From contig JAZNGE010000040.1 of the NCBI GenBank assembly GCA_045576315.1, forward strand, positions 59,580 to 123,579: a DNA stretch of 64,000 nt, read 5' to 3'. The position numbers were made by a program, and so were the translations under genes. Origin of the DNA: Eubacteriales bacterium (GTDB taxonomy: Bacteria > Bacillota > Clostridia > Oscillospirales > CAG-272). The notes under the pieces were generated by a model. That model was not told the DNA's origin and did not search any database. It saw only the letters and a program-made list of their open reading frames with translations. Within the stretch, counting starts at the first letter, position 1; each line of letters starts with the position of its first letter. This document shows, one piece after another, positions 1-9,461 of this stretch.

Positions 1-330
1 ACGCACGAGTCCCTCGACGTATATTTTGATCACCCAAAAGGAAACAAGCGGCTCTCCCTCACCTGCGGTTAAAAAGATATTTATTATCGCCGTGAAGATC
101 AATATATATATTATCGGCTTTATTCCCTTAAGAATTACACGCACGGAAATTTTGCTGGCGAGAACGAGCAATACGGTGGCAAGTGTAAGGAATATGAAAG
201 CTACGACCGTATCCGCAAGAAAAACGCCAACTATAAAGAGTATCGAGAGTATTATTTTTGTTCTCGGATCAAGACGGTGTATTGCCGACGAGCCCGGGAA
301 AAACTGACCGAGAGTTATATCAGATATCAT
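1..330 (-). CDS. ecfT: ECF transporter transmembrane T component EcfT, N-terminal part only (gene runs off the window start)
   Basis: Absent from the ORF track because it is truncated. My minus-strand translation from the ATG at 330 gives MISDITLGQFFPGSSAIHRLDPRTKIILSILFIVGVFLAD..., a typical EcfT N-terminus. ATGA overlap with the ecfA2 stop (327-330). Canonical ecfA1-ecfA2-ecfT order. Confidence 0.85.
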   Translation of the reverse strand, partial: MISDITLGQFFPGSSAIHRLDPRTKIILSILFIVGVFLADTVVAFIFLTLATVLLVLASKISVRVILKGIKPIIYILIFTAIINIFLTAGEGEPLVSFWVIKIYVEGLVR

Positions 331-1193
331 CCTTTACACCTCCCGATATATTCAATTATTGCATCGCGCACGCCGTCGACGGTATAAAGTCTACCTGAGA
401 GATCTATTCCCTCTTTTCTCATTGCCGATGCGATCTTGGCAACCGCAGGCACGTCAAGACCTATATCCATAAGTGCATCCGCATCCGAGAATATCTCATC
501 GACAGTACCGCATCTGTATACCTCGCCGCGATTCATGACAACTACGTTGTCACAGTAGCTTGCCATATCCTCCATCGAGTGACTGACAAGAATAACGGTA
601 GCGTTATTATGCTTGACGTATTCGGTAAGACCGCCGAGTATTTCACGTCTGCCGCGAGGATCAAGTCCTGCCGCAGGCTCGTCAAGAACAAGCACCTCGG
701 GGCGCATAGCTATGATTCCCGCTATTGCGACACGGCGCTTTTGTCCACCCGAAAGCTCAAAGGGGGACTTATCAAGCATTTCCTCATCTATACCGACAAA
801 GGCTGCCGCCTCGCGCACGCGCTCCTCGACCTCTTCGTCAGAAAGCCCCTGATTTCGCGGAGCGAAGCCGATATCCGAGCGTACGGTATCGTCAAAAAGC
901 TGATATTCCGGGTACTGCATTACAAGACCGACACGATAGCGTATCTTTGCGATCTGCTTAGGCTTTTCCCATATATCAACTCCGTCGAGAAGCACCTGAC
1001 CCGAAAGAGGTCTGTATAAACCGTTCAAAAGGTGTACGAGGGTAGATTTACCAGAGCCCGTATGACCGATCAAGCCGGTTATTTTTCCTTTCTCAAACGC
1101 GACGTTTACCTTATTGAGCGCGACCATTTCAAACGGTGTGCCCTTACTGTAAAGGTAGGAAACGTCCTTAATTTCGATTTTATTCATTAACAA
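327..1193 (-). CDS. ecfA2: ECF transporter ATPase subunit EcfA2
   Basis: 288 aa. Walker A GHTGSGKST, ABC signature LSGGQKRRVAIAG, Walker B VLVLDEP. Second of two tandem ECF-type ABC ATPases upstream of ecfT. Confidence 0.93.
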   Translation of the reverse strand: MLMNKIEIKDVSYLYSKGTPFEMVALNKVNVAFEKGKITGLIGHTGSGKSTLVHLLNGLYRPLSGQVLLDGVDIWEKPKQIAKIRYRVGLVMQYPEYQLFDDTVRSDIGFAPRNQGLSDEEVEERVREAAAFVGIDEEMLDKSPFELSGGQKRRVAIAGIIAMRPEVLVLDEPAAGLDPRGRREILGGLTEYVKHNNATVILVSHSMEDMASYCDNVVVMNRGEVYRCGTVDEIFSDADALMDIGLDVPAVAKIASAMRKEGIDLSGRLYTVDGVRDAIIEYIGRCKG

Positions 1194-2086
1194 TTTCCTG
1201 TTTTAAGATATTGAACGAGCGCGGCGATACATTCACTGTCGCTCAGCGCATCGGAAGAAAGCTGTATTCCTGATTTTTCAAGCGCACGGATAAGCTCGCG
1301 ACCCTGGGGTGCTTCGAGTCCCATTTCGTGCAACCTGTCTACCTCACCGAATACCTCCTTGGCAGTACCGTCCATCTCCACGTGGCCGTCGTTGACAACG
1401 ATCACACGGTCGGCGCGTGCCGCCTCCTCCATATAGTGAGTTATATTGATAACGGTGATATTCTCTTCTCTGTTGAGCTTTTCCATTATCTCGACGACCT
1501 CCTGCCGTCCCTGAGGGTCAAGCATAGCCGTCGACTCGTCGAAAATTATAACGCGAGGCTTCATAGCAATAATTCCGGCAATGGCAACACGTTGCTTTTG
1601 TCCGCCGGAGAGCTTATGCGGAGCGTGTCTTGAATATTCGGACATGCCGACAAGCAGAAGCGAGTCGTCAACGCGCCGTCTGATCTCTTCTCTCGGCAGG
1701 CCGAGATTCTCAGGACCGAAGGCAACGTCCTCCTCAACAACGGTGGCAACAAGCTGATTGTCGGGGTTTTGGAACACCATTCCGATCTTGCGACGTACAT
1801 CAAAAACGTCATCCTCGCTAAAATCGGGAGCGGTTATGTCGACTCCGTCAATAAATATCTTACCAACCGTGGGGGTAAGTATCATATTTAAAAGCTTCGC
1901 AAACGTGGACTTGCCCGAGCCATTGTGACCGAGAACGGCTACGTATTCACCCTCATATATCGACAGAGAGACTCTTTCAAGCGCGGGTATCTCCTGCTTG
2001 TCCGAAATGTACGTGCCGTCCGCGTGATTGTCATAATCGTCATAGACAAATCCAAGATTTTCTGTTCTTATGATTTCTTTTTTCAT
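1187..2086 (-). CDS. ecfA1: ECF transporter ATPase subunit EcfA1
   Basis: 299 aa. Walker A GHNGSGKST, signature LSGGQKQRVAIAG, Walker B VIIFDEST. 7-nt overlap with ecfA2. Confidence 0.93.
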   Translation of the reverse strand: MKKEIIRTENLGFVYDDYDNHADGTYISDKQEIPALERVSLSIYEGEYVAVLGHNGSGKSTFAKLLNMILTPTVGKIFIDGVDITAPDFSEDDVFDVRRKIGMVFQNPDNQLVATVVEEDVAFGPENLGLPREEIRRRVDDSLLLVGMSEYSRHAPHKLSGGQKQRVAIAGIIAMKPRVIIFDESTAMLDPQGRQEVVEIMEKLNREENITVINITHYMEEAARADRVIVVNDGHVEMDGTAKEVFGEVDRLHEMGLEAPQGRELIRALEKSGIQLSSDALSDSECIAALVQYLKTGNC

Positions 2087-2093
2087 CAGTTCC

Positions 2094-2957
2094 TCATTTA
2101 AAGGTTACTCTTACGCTTGAGCCGCAAGGTAATGCAAGGCCGCTGTTTTTAACGGGCAGGCCAAGCTCGTCGGCTACGCTGTATCCGTCTCTCGTTGCAA
2201 GAAGACGGGTATCGGTTATGTATTTCATGGTAGATGCTGAAAGGCCCGTTGTGTACGAGTTGAGCAAAAAGAAGAGCGGCTCATCGGAAAGGACGTTTGC
2301 CGCGAGGGCAACGAAATCGTCAATATTCTCCTCGATCTTCCAAACCTCACCGGTAGGTCCTCTACCGTATGAAGGCGGGTCCATTATTATAGCATCATAC
2401 TTTCTGCCGCGTCTTATCTCGCGTTCTATAAACTTTTTGCAATCGTCAACTATATATCTGATGGGCGCATCCGAAAGTCCGGAGAGTGCCGCGTTTTCCT
2501 TTGCCGCGGCTACCATGCCCTTTGATGCATCAACGTGGCAAACGGTTGCACCCGCCTTTGCCGCAGCTACGGTAGCGCCACCCGTGTATGCAAAAAGATT
2601 AAGCACGCTGATAGGTCTTCCCACCCCTTTTATAAGCTCTCTGAACCAATCCCAGTTTGCTGCCTGCTCGGGAAAAAGACCGGTATGCTTAAAGCCCATC
2701 GGCTTTATCTGAAACGTCAGATCACCATACTTTATGTTCCACGTTTCAGGAAGTCTGTTGTCGCTCCACTGTCCGCCGCCTGAGCTTGAACGGCGGTAGC
2801 TGGCATCAGCCTTTCTCCAAAGCGGATCCTTCTTTTCGGTTTTCCATATTACCTGGGGGTCGGGACGAATAAGAGTATATTTGCCCCATCTTTCAAGCTT
2901 CTCTCCGCCCGAGGTATCAATTATCGTATAATCCTGCCACTTATCTGCAATCCACAT
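2094..2957 (-). CDS. class I SAM-dependent RNA methyltransferase (RlmI/YwbD-like)
   Basis: SAM motif NLFAYTGGATVAAA and motif IV IIMDPPSYGRG. I place the start at ATG 2957 (MWIADKW...). The track start at 3029 is a TTG that would overlap ruvC by 65 nt. Confidence 0.8.
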   Translation of the reverse strand: MWIADKWQDYTIIDTSGGEKLERWGKYTLIRPDPQVIWKTEKKDPLWRKADASYRRSSSGGGQWSDNRLPETWNIKYGDLTFQIKPMGFKHTGLFPEQAANWDWFRELIKGVGRPISVLNLFAYTGGATVAAAKAGATVCHVDASKGMVAAAKENAALSGLSDAPIRYIVDDCKKFIEREIRRGRKYDAIIMDPPSYGRGPTGEVWKIEENIDDFVALAANVLSDEPLFFLLNSYTTGLSASTMKYITDTRLLATRDGYSVADELGLPVKNSGLALPCGSSVRVTFK

Positions 2958-2964
2958 ATTACTT

Positions 2965-3468
2965 TTACTTTCTTTGGTTATAGTATTTTCCGATAGCCGA
3001 GCCTGCACAGTTGGCGTGGCATATCGCAATTGCTACCGCGTCCGCGGTATCATCGGGCTTCGGCGGCTTCGGAAGCTTTAAAAGCGAGGTTACCATGGCA
3101 ATGACCTGTTTTTTCTCCGCTTTGCCGTATCCGACTACTGCCTGCTTGACCTGGAGCGGCGTATACTCGCTGATCTTTACACCGAGCTTGTGAGCCGTGC
3201 ACAGGATAACTCCGCGCGCCTCCGCAACGGCGATACCCGTGGTTATATTCGTATTAAAGAAAAGCTCCTCGATCGCCATCTCGTCGGGCTTATATTTATT
3301 TATGAGCGCTTCCATATCGTTCTGAATCATCAGAAGACGAGCTTCTATATCCGTGTGCGCAGGCGTTGTGATAGCACCGAAGGCTATCGGTCGAATGTTG
3401 CCGCGCACGCTTTCAATCACTCCCCAGCCTACAATAGCAAGTCCGGGGTCTATACCTAAAATTATCAT
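2965..3468 (-). CDS. ruvC: crossover junction endodeoxyribonuclease RuvC
   Basis: 167 aa. N-terminus MIILGIDPGLAIVGWGVIE and C-terminal DDTADAVAIAICH are typical RuvC motifs. Confidence 0.95.
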   Translation of the reverse strand: MIILGIDPGLAIVGWGVIESVRGNIRPIAFGAITTPAHTDIEARLLMIQNDMEALINKYKPDEMAIEELFFNTNITTGIAVAEARGVILCTAHKLGVKISEYTPLQVKQAVVGYGKAEKKQVIAMVTSLLKLPKPPKPDDTADAVAIAICHANCAGSAIGKYYNQRK

Positions 3469-3557
3469 AATCCTCTTAAAAAATTAGATTTCTTTTTTTG
3501 CTGTATTATGATATTATATCACAAATAGGCGGTCGAGTCAATAATACGCTTAAATAT

Positions 3558-4346
3558 TTATAATTCCCGCGCGCGAATCTCACGCTCCAGCTCGTAGATC
3601 ACGGCGGCAATTGCGCCCTCGGAAACGTTTACGGTTGATCTATCCGCCACCGCTTTAAGCGAGTCGGTCGCGTTTTCCACGGCGTAGCCGATATCGGCTT
3701 CCTCGATCATCGATATATCGTTTTCATAGTCACCGACCGTCACGACAAGGCGCGCGCCGATAGCCTCGGCAACCTTGCGAACGGCGCACCCCTTGGTATT
3801 GCTTTTGCCAAGAATTTCAACGCCGGTGTGCCAGCTTCTTACAGAAACAAGCTCCTCCGATCCGCTTTCGTTGACCACATCTCTTATATATATCGCCTTT
3901 TCAGGCGTGTCGGTGACAAAGATGACCTTGTAAACGCCCTTTCCGAGAAGATCGGTACGCCTTTCAAAATATTCGTCGCGTGTAAGCGAAAGTCCGCTCT
4001 CACAGCCGGATAGATATATCGTCATTCCGTAGAAAAGTCCGTCTATCATTGAAAAATCATCAATGAACGAAAACACGGAGTCGCTGATCACTCCCTCATG
4101 AAGAACATGTCTGCTCACCGGGTGAATTACGTATGCGCCATTGAGTGAGATCAGATAAGTATTAGGCTTTATTTTATCGGAGAATGCCTCTATATACGGA
4201 TAATATCGACCGCTGCAAACCGTAAATGCACCGCCGTTTTGCTGAAAGTATCTTACTGCCTCGATATTCTTATCGGGAATGCTTTTTCCCATACAAAGAG
4301 TGCCGTCCCAATCAGAAGCTATAAGAACGCCGTCAAAAACACCCAT
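3558..4346 (-). CDS. Cof-type HAD-IIB family hydrolase
   Basis: 262 aa. HAD motif I DWDGTL near the N-terminus and motif IV GDYENDISM near the C-terminus. Confidence 0.8.
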   Translation of the reverse strand: MGVFDGVLIASDWDGTLCMGKSIPDKNIEAVRYFQQNGGAFTVCSGRYYPYIEAFSDKIKPNTYLISLNGAYVIHPVSRHVLHEGVISDSVFSFIDDFSMIDGLFYGMTIYLSGCESGLSLTRDEYFERRTDLLGKGVYKVIFVTDTPEKAIYIRDVVNESGSEELVSVRSWHTGVEILGKSNTKGCAVRKVAEAIGARLVVTVGDYENDISMIEEADIGYAVENATDSLKAVADRSTVNVSEGAIAAVIYELEREIRAREL

Positions 4347-4504
4347 AGTACACCTCCGTTTTCTTCTCTCTGCATTATATTATACTTTTTTGCCAATGCC
4401 GTGTCAATAAACATTTAAAAGTAAAGCGCGAAAATATTTATTTATCGCTTTACTTTTTGCTTTCGGTATGGTATAATAGTAGAGATAATTTATGTGAGGT
4501 GGCT

Positions 4505-4711
4505 ATGGCTATTATTCAGTTTTCGGTTGGCGATCAACTGGTTATGAAAAAGAAGCATCCGTGCGGTGCTGACACCTTTAAGGTGATGCGATGCGGCAGC
4601 GACGTCAGAATGGTCTGTATAGGATGCGGCCGCGACCTCATGCTCGACCGCGAAAAAGTCGAAAAGTCTATCAAGAGGGTCATTCCCGCTTTGAAAAACA
4701 AGGAGAGCTAA
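4505..4711 (+). CDS. DUF951 family small protein
   Basis: MAIIQFSVGDQLVMKKKHPCGADTFKVMRCGSDVRMVCIGCGRDLMLDR matches the DUF951 Cys-pair pattern. ATG at 4505 preferred over the track's TTG at 4457. Stop abuts the ruvA start. Confidence 0.75.
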   Translation: MAIIQFSVGDQLVMKKKHPCGADTFKVMRCGSDVRMVCIGCGRDLMLDREKVEKSIKRVIPALKNKES

Positions 4712-5317
4712 ATGTTTTATTATCTTTACGGAACACTTGAAATAAACGACGCAGGCATCTGCGTTATAGATTGCGGCGGAGTTGGGTACAAGCTGACTAC
4801 CAGCCTTATCACCTGTGAGCTTTTACGCGAAAAGATCGGACAAAAGGTAAAGCTGTTTACCTACCTTGCGGTAAGAGAGGACGGCGTTGAGCTTTTCGGC
4901 TTTGAAAGCAACGAGGAAAGAGAGTGCTTTAACAAGCTTATCACGGTAAGCGGAGTCGGTCCTAAAGCGGCAATGAGCATTCTTTCTATAATGACACCCG
5001 ACAATTTTGCTCTCGCGGTATGCACCGAGGACACCAAGGCAATATCCAAGGCCTCGGGAATCGGTGGCAAAACCGCTGCAAGAATCATTCTCGAGCTTAA
5101 GGACAAGCTCTCTGTTGATATGGGTACGGCAACCGTCAAGAGCACAGGTCGCGCCGCTACGGTAATGCCTATGAGCGGAAATCTCGTGGAGGCTACCGAG
5201 GCACTTATGGTGCTTGGATACGACAAGAATTCTGTTGCCGGTGCGCTTTCAGGCCTTGACCCCAAAACAGACGTAGGCGAGCTTATCCGCGCTGCGCTCA
5301 AGAAGCTTTCAAGATAA
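4712..5317 (+). CDS. ruvA: Holliday junction branch migration complex subunit RuvA
   Basis: 201 aa. MFYYLYGTL... N-terminus, HhH region ITVSGVGPKAAMSILS and GIGGKTAARIILELK. Confidence 0.95.
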   Translation: MFYYLYGTLEINDAGICVIDCGGVGYKLTTSLITCELLREKIGQKVKLFTYLAVREDGVELFGFESNEERECFNKLITVSGVGPKAAMSILSIMTPDNFALAVCTEDTKAISKASGIGGKTAARIILELKDKLSVDMGTATVKSTGRAATVMPMSGNLVEATEALMVLGYDKNSVAGALSGLDPKTDVGELIRAALKKLSR

Positions 5318-5335
5318 CGGAGGACGATACCGCCC

Positions 5336-6406
5336 ATGATGGAAGAAGTAAACGAATTCGACTTTGAAAATCGAATCGTATCAAACGAATATGACTCAAA
5401 CCAGGATGCAGAGGTGGAAAATTCCCTGCGTCCGAAAACACTCGACGAATACGTAGGTCAGAAAAAAGCGAAGGAAAACTTAAAGGTTTACATAGAGAGC
5501 GCGAAGCTGCGCGGCGAATCACTCGACCACGTGCTTCTCTACGGTCCTCCCGGTCTTGGCAAAACCACCCTTTCGACGATAATCGCAAACGAAATGGGTG
5601 TAAAGATACGCACCACGTCCGGCCCTGCTATTGAAAAGCAAGGCGATCTTGCTGCGATACTCACAAACCTCTCTGACGGCGACGTACTGTTTATAGACGA
5701 GATACACCGTCTTTCTCGCTCGGTTGAAGAGATCCTTTATCCCGCGATGGAAGACTACTCGCTCGACATTATCATTGGTAAGGGCCCCAGCGCACGTTCG
5801 ATCCGCCTCGCTCTGCCGAGATTCACTCTCATTGGTGCAACGACCCGTGCCGGACAGCTCACCACCCCCTTGCGTGACAGATTCGGCGTGCTTTTAAAGC
5901 TTGAGCTTTACACTCCCGATGAGCTTGCATTGATCGTCAAGAGATCGGCGGGAATACTCGATATTTCAATAACCGACGAGGGTGCGTACAGCATTGCATC
6001 ACGTTCAAGAGGCACACCGAGAATTGCTAACAGACTTCTCAAGAGAATACGCGATTTCGCGCTTGTAAAGGGCGACGGTACTATAACCGACACTATTGCG
6101 AAGTATGCCCTCGATGCCCTCGAAATCGATGAGCTCGGTCTTGATAATATCGACAGAAGAATGCTCGAAGCGATCATAAAATACTACGGCGGCGGCCCTG
6201 TCGGACTCGATACTCTCGCGGCGACTATCGGCGAAGAGGCTATAACTATCGAGGACGTGTACGAGCCTTATCTTATGCAGATAGGATTCCTTGCGAGAAC
6301 TCCGCGCGGAAGATGCGTAACCAAGCTTGCCTACGATCACCTCGGCATACCCTTTGCGGCTGCCGCACAGGGTCAGATCACCGGTCAAGAAAGTCTTATA
6401 GACTAA
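5336..6406 (+). CDS. ruvB: Holliday junction DNA helicase RuvB
   Basis: 356 aa. [12 protein letters not shown], Walker [10 protein letters not shown], Walker [10 protein letters not shown]. Confidence 0.97.
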   Translation: MMEEVNEFDFENRIVSNEYDSNQDAEVENSLRPKTLDEYVGQKKAKENLKVYIESAKLRGESLDHVLLYGPPGLGKTTLSTIIANEMGVKIRTTSGPAIEKQGDLAAILTNLSDGDVLFIDEIHRLSRSVEEILYPAMEDYSLDIIIGKGPSARSIRLALPRFTLIGATTRAGQLTTPLRDRFGVLLKLELYTPDELALIVKRSAGILDISITDEGAYSIASRSRGTPRIANRLLKRIRDFALVKGDGTITDTIAKYALDALEIDELGLDNIDRRMLEAIIKYYGGGPVGLDTLAATIGEEAITIEDVYEPYLMQIGFLARTPRGRCVTKLAYDHLGIPFAAAAQGQITGQESLID

Positions 6407-6412
6407 CAAAAA

Positions 6413-6440
6413 ACACCTCGAAAATTCGAGGTGTTTTCTT
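6413..6440. terminator. bidirectional rho-independent terminator between convergent ruvB and rpe
   Basis: Stem ACACCTCG / CGAGGTGT around an aaaatt loop. A-run upstream and T-run downstream, so it reads as a terminator on both strands. Confidence 0.7.
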
Positions 6441-6442
6441 TT

Positions 6443-7084
6443 TTATCTCAATTTATCTATTGCGGATTTTCTATCCTCGTATTTGAATACTGCGCTTCCG
6501 GCAACGAGCACGTTTGCACCTGCGGCTTTCGCGTCTGCGGCGTTCTTTTCATTGATTCCGCCGTCGACCTGTATATCAATATCAATTCCGCGTTTTGCAG
6601 CTTCTGCCCTTAATTTTCTTGTCTTTTCAAGACATTCTGGTATGAGCGCCTGCCCACCATATCCGGGCTCAACAGTCATGACCAAGATCATATCGCAGTT
6701 TTCAAGATAAGGATAAACTGTCTCGATCGGCGTGTTGGGTTTTACGGAAACGGCAGCTTTTTTACCCCTCGATTTTATCATTTCGATACACTTATCGGGG
6801 CAGTCTGTTGCCTCTATGTGAAAGGTTACGAGATCGGCGCCGGCATCTATAAATCGGTCTATATAGCGCTCGGGCTTCGTTATCATAAGATGCACGTCAA
6901 GGAACATAGAGGTGCGCTTTCTTATTGATTCAATAACCGGCAGGCCAAATGAAATATTGGTGACGAATATGCCGTCCATAACGTCAAGGTGCGCCATCTC
7001 AGCACCGGCAAGACGAATGCTTTCTATCTCCTCACCGAGCTTTGTAAAATCGCAGGCGAGTATCGAAGGTGAAATCTTAACCAT
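6443..7084 (-). CDS. rpe: ribulose-phosphate 3-epimerase
   Basis: 213 aa. MVKISPSILACDF, HLDVMDG, VMTVEPGYGGQ, VDGGIN. Confidence 0.95.
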   Translation of the reverse strand: MVKISPSILACDFTKLGEEIESIRLAGAEMAHLDVMDGIFVTNISFGLPVIESIRKRTSMFLDVHLMITKPERYIDRFIDAGADLVTFHIEATDCPDKCIEMIKSRGKKAAVSVKPNTPIETVYPYLENCDMILVMTVEPGYGGQALIPECLEKTRKLRAEAAKRGIDIDIQVDGGINEKNAADAKAAGANVLVAGSAVFKYEDRKSAIDKLR

Positions 7085-7265
7085 TTTATACCTCGTAAAT
7101 ATGTAGCGTTATTACCTTTTTGGCATAGTATAATATAGAGTCTTCCAGGCTCTTTGAAAATACACGGCTCGGTAACGGTGTAGACAATCAAAGCTAAGGA
7201 CGTACCGTGAAATGACGCCGCACCACCGTGCCATTTGATTGGCGCCCTGCTAACCGCGGGGCGTC

Positions 7266-7748
7266 TTATTTTTTCTCTATGAGCGCTACCGCGTGTGCGG
7301 ATATGCCCTCTTCACGTCCTGTAAATCCAAGGCGCTCCTCGGTGGTTGCCTTTACGTTTACCTGTGACGGTGAAATACCGAGTATTTGCGCTATGTTTTC
7401 GCGCATCGTTTCAATATACGGAGCAAGCTTCGGCTTTTGCGCTATAACGGTAGCATCTATATTGGAAACGGCATAGCCGTTTTCGTACAACAAATCCTTT
7501 ACTCGAGTGAGCAGTTTAAGACTTGAAATATTGAGATATGCGTTGTCGTTGTCTGGAAAGTGCTTGCCTATATCACCAAGCGCCATAGCGCCGATAAGGG
7601 CATCCATGACCGCGTGGACAAGCACATCGGCATCCGAATGACCGAGCAAGCCGAGAGTGTGCGGTATCTCTACTCCGCCAAGTATAAGACGCCTGCCCTC
7701 AACGAGCTTATGGACGTCGTAGCCGTGACCTATTCTGAATCCACTCAC
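7266..7748 (-). CDS. ispF: 2-C-methyl-D-erythritol 2,4-cyclodiphosphate synthase
   Basis: 160 aa. [12 protein letters not shown] and [11 protein letters not shown] motifs. Confidence 0.96.
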   Translation of the reverse strand: MSGFRIGHGYDVHKLVEGRRLILGGVEIPHTLGLLGHSDADVLVHAVMDALIGAMALGDIGKHFPDNDNAYLNISSLKLLTRVKDLLYENGYAVSNIDATVIAQKPKLAPYIETMRENIAQILGISPSQVNVKATTEERLGFTGREEGISAHAVALIEKK

Positions 7749-7750
7749 TT

Positions 7751-8437
7751 TTATCTTCTCCTCAATATAAATTCGGCATATTCAACATCGCCGGCGTGTG
7801 TGATCTTTATATTCTCCCTACCGGTATCGGTGCAAAAAACCTTATAACCGGCGCGCTCGACGAGCATATTGTCATCGGTTACTGCCGAATCGGTATAGCC
7901 AACCTTATCAAGCGCGGAGCTGTATATATCTGTTTTGAATATCTGTGGAGTTGTGGCAAGCATTACGTAATCGCGGTCAGGTGTATCTGTGACAAATCCG
8001 GAAGTGTCAACAAGCTTGACCGTATCGGTTACACGCGCTGATGCGGTGGCAGCACCGTAAGCGACAGCATCGGCAATGACAGATGAGATCGCCTCGGGCG
8101 TTATAAGACATCTTGCGGCATCGTGTATTGCAACGAAATCCGAATTTTTCGGTATTGCAGAAAAACCAATGCGTGCGGACTCTGCCCTTGTTTTTCCGCC
8201 GACAACAATATCTTCTACTTTACCCAAGCCAAATATCTGCTCTTTTGCAAAGTCCTCTTCACCCTCACGCACAACAACGGTAATGCTTGTTATCTGCGGG
8301 CATGCGTCAAATGCCTCGAGGGAGCGTCTGAGGACGGTTTTGCCGTCTATCAGAAGCTGTTGCTTAGTAGTGTTAATATTCATTCTCGTACCGCTGCCCG
8401 CAGCGAGAATTACGGCGGCTACGTTGTATTTATTCAT
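7751..8437 (-). CDS. ispD: 2-C-methyl-D-erythritol 4-phosphate cytidylyltransferase
   Basis: 228 aa. [11 protein letters not shown]-loop-like motif and [11 protein letters not shown]. Lies 2 nt upstream of ispF. Confidence 0.94.
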   Translation of the reverse strand: MNKYNVAAVILAAGSGTRMNINTTKQQLLIDGKTVLRRSLEAFDACPQITSITVVVREGEEDFAKEQIFGLGKVEDIVVGGKTRAESARIGFSAIPKNSDFVAIHDAARCLITPEAISSVIADAVAYGAATASARVTDTVKLVDTSGFVTDTPDRDYVMLATTPQIFKTDIYSSALDKVGYTDSAVTDDNMLVERAGYKVFCTDTGRENIKITHAGDVEYAEFILRRR

Positions 8438-8447
8438 AGCTGGATCC

Positions 8448-8786
8448 TTATTTTCTGTAATATACGAAGTGAACGGTTATGGTGCGGAATTTGCCCCCTT
8501 CAAGCAGGTTCGGGCCTTTTATGACGACTCCGTCGCCGCTCATAAGCCTGGATGCTTCAAGATCGCGAACGTTACAAACAAACAGACGGTCACCCGATGA
8601 ATCCACTATAAATTCATCACCGTGTAAAGCAAGCGCGCCACCACGTCCTATGACGTCCTCGTTGCCATTTATATGCTCGGTAACGTACTTCACAGCCTGG
8701 CCGTGCAATTCCCTTGCGCGCTCAAGTCTGAAGGCGTAGCTTGACGGGTCTTTGCTCCCGCCGAAAAGTTTTGAAAATATTGACAC
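8448..8786 (-). CDS. hypothetical protein (112 aa)
   Basis: GTG start with AAAGGA about 11 nt upstream. Lies 10 nt upstream of ispD on the same strand. I recognise no family. Confidence 0.5.
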   Translation of the reverse strand: MSIFSKLFGGSKDPSSYAFRLERARELHGQAVKYVTEHINGNEDVIGRGGALALHGDEFIVDSSGDRLFVCNVRDLEASRLMSGDGVVIKGPNLLEGGKFRTITVHFVYYRK

Positions 8787-8903
8787 GGTTGTACCGTCCT
8801 TTCATTTTGCTACTACAATTTTACCACAAATCTGGCAAAAATGGAATACCTTTATAAAAATTTAAATTTTTTAAAATTTTTCCAACTTTTTTTGTAAAAA
8901 CTA

Positions 8904-8932
8904 TTGATTTTTAGTAAAATGTGTATTATAAT
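8904..8932 (+). promoter_or_regulatory. candidate sigma-A promoter of the dcw (mraZ) operon
   Basis: TTGATT (8904-8909), 17-nt spacer, TATAAT (8927-8932), about 75 nt upstream of the mraZ ATG. Confidence 0.5.
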
Positions 8933-8939
8933 AGTAGCA

Positions 8940-8962
8940 AAGTGGGTTGAAGTGGGGCACTT
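8940..8962 (+). promoter_or_regulatory. candidate MraZ operator (AAGTGGG direct repeats with 10-bp period)
   Basis: AAGTGGG at 8940-8946 and 8950-8956, immediately downstream of the -10. The second repeat is part of the palindrome AAGTG-GGG-CACTT (8950-8962). Confidence 0.4.
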
Positions 8963-9007
8963 TGACACCAAAATCCCAAATTTAACGCTAAAAAGGAGGT
9001 AAAGTCG

Positions 9008-9430
9008 ATGTCTTTCGTTGGTTCGTACTCACATTCGATGGATGCAAAGAAGCGTGTGTTCATCCCTTCAAAGTTCCGTGACGATCTCGGTGAAGAATTT
9101 TACATCACGAGAAAGTTCGACGCTTACCTCTCAATATACACCGCAGAGGACTGGGAGGCATACGTTGACAAGATCTCGAAGCTCCCCGAAGCCGATGCGG
9201 AAGAGTTTCAGGATTTCATTCTCGGTGCAGCGCAGAAATGCACTCCCGATGCCAGCGGCCGTATCATAATTGACGACAGACTTATGAAGCACGCAAAGAT
9301 CAGCAAGAACATAGTCTTTGTCGGTACGGGTAAGCAGATAAGAATCTGGGCTGAAGAGCTTTGGAACGAGCGCGAGCAGAATCGCAACTACGACAAGATG
9401 CGTGAAATCATGCGTCAATACGGACTTTAA
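9008..9430 (+). CDS. mraZ: transcriptional regulator MraZ
   Basis: 140 aa. FVGSYSHSMDAKKRVFIPSKFR and a second SpoVT/AbrB-like repeat DASGRIIIDDRL. Confidence 0.95.
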   Translation: MSFVGSYSHSMDAKKRVFIPSKFRDDLGEEFYITRKFDAYLSIYTAEDWEAYVDKISKLPEADAEEFQDFILGAAQKCTPDASGRIIIDDRLMKHAKISKNIVFVGTGKQIRIWAEELWNEREQNRNYDKMREIMRQYGL

Positions 9431-9461
9431 TATTATAATATATTAATGAAAGGAACGAATC

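Noticed and set aside
26-307. 93-aa plus-strand ORF at the window start.
   Set aside because: The opposite strand encodes a textbook EcfT N-terminus that is translationally coupled to ecfA2.
2958-3029. N-terminal extensions in the ORF track at 2094-3029. The same issue affects 4457, 10348, 16919, 23399, 42477, 49689, 53434, 59716 and 60724.
   Set aside because: The extended versions overlap the neighbouring gene or a regulatory RNA. Where I checked the start codon (3029, 4457, 42477, 53434) it is TTG. Internal ATGs give canonical N-termini.
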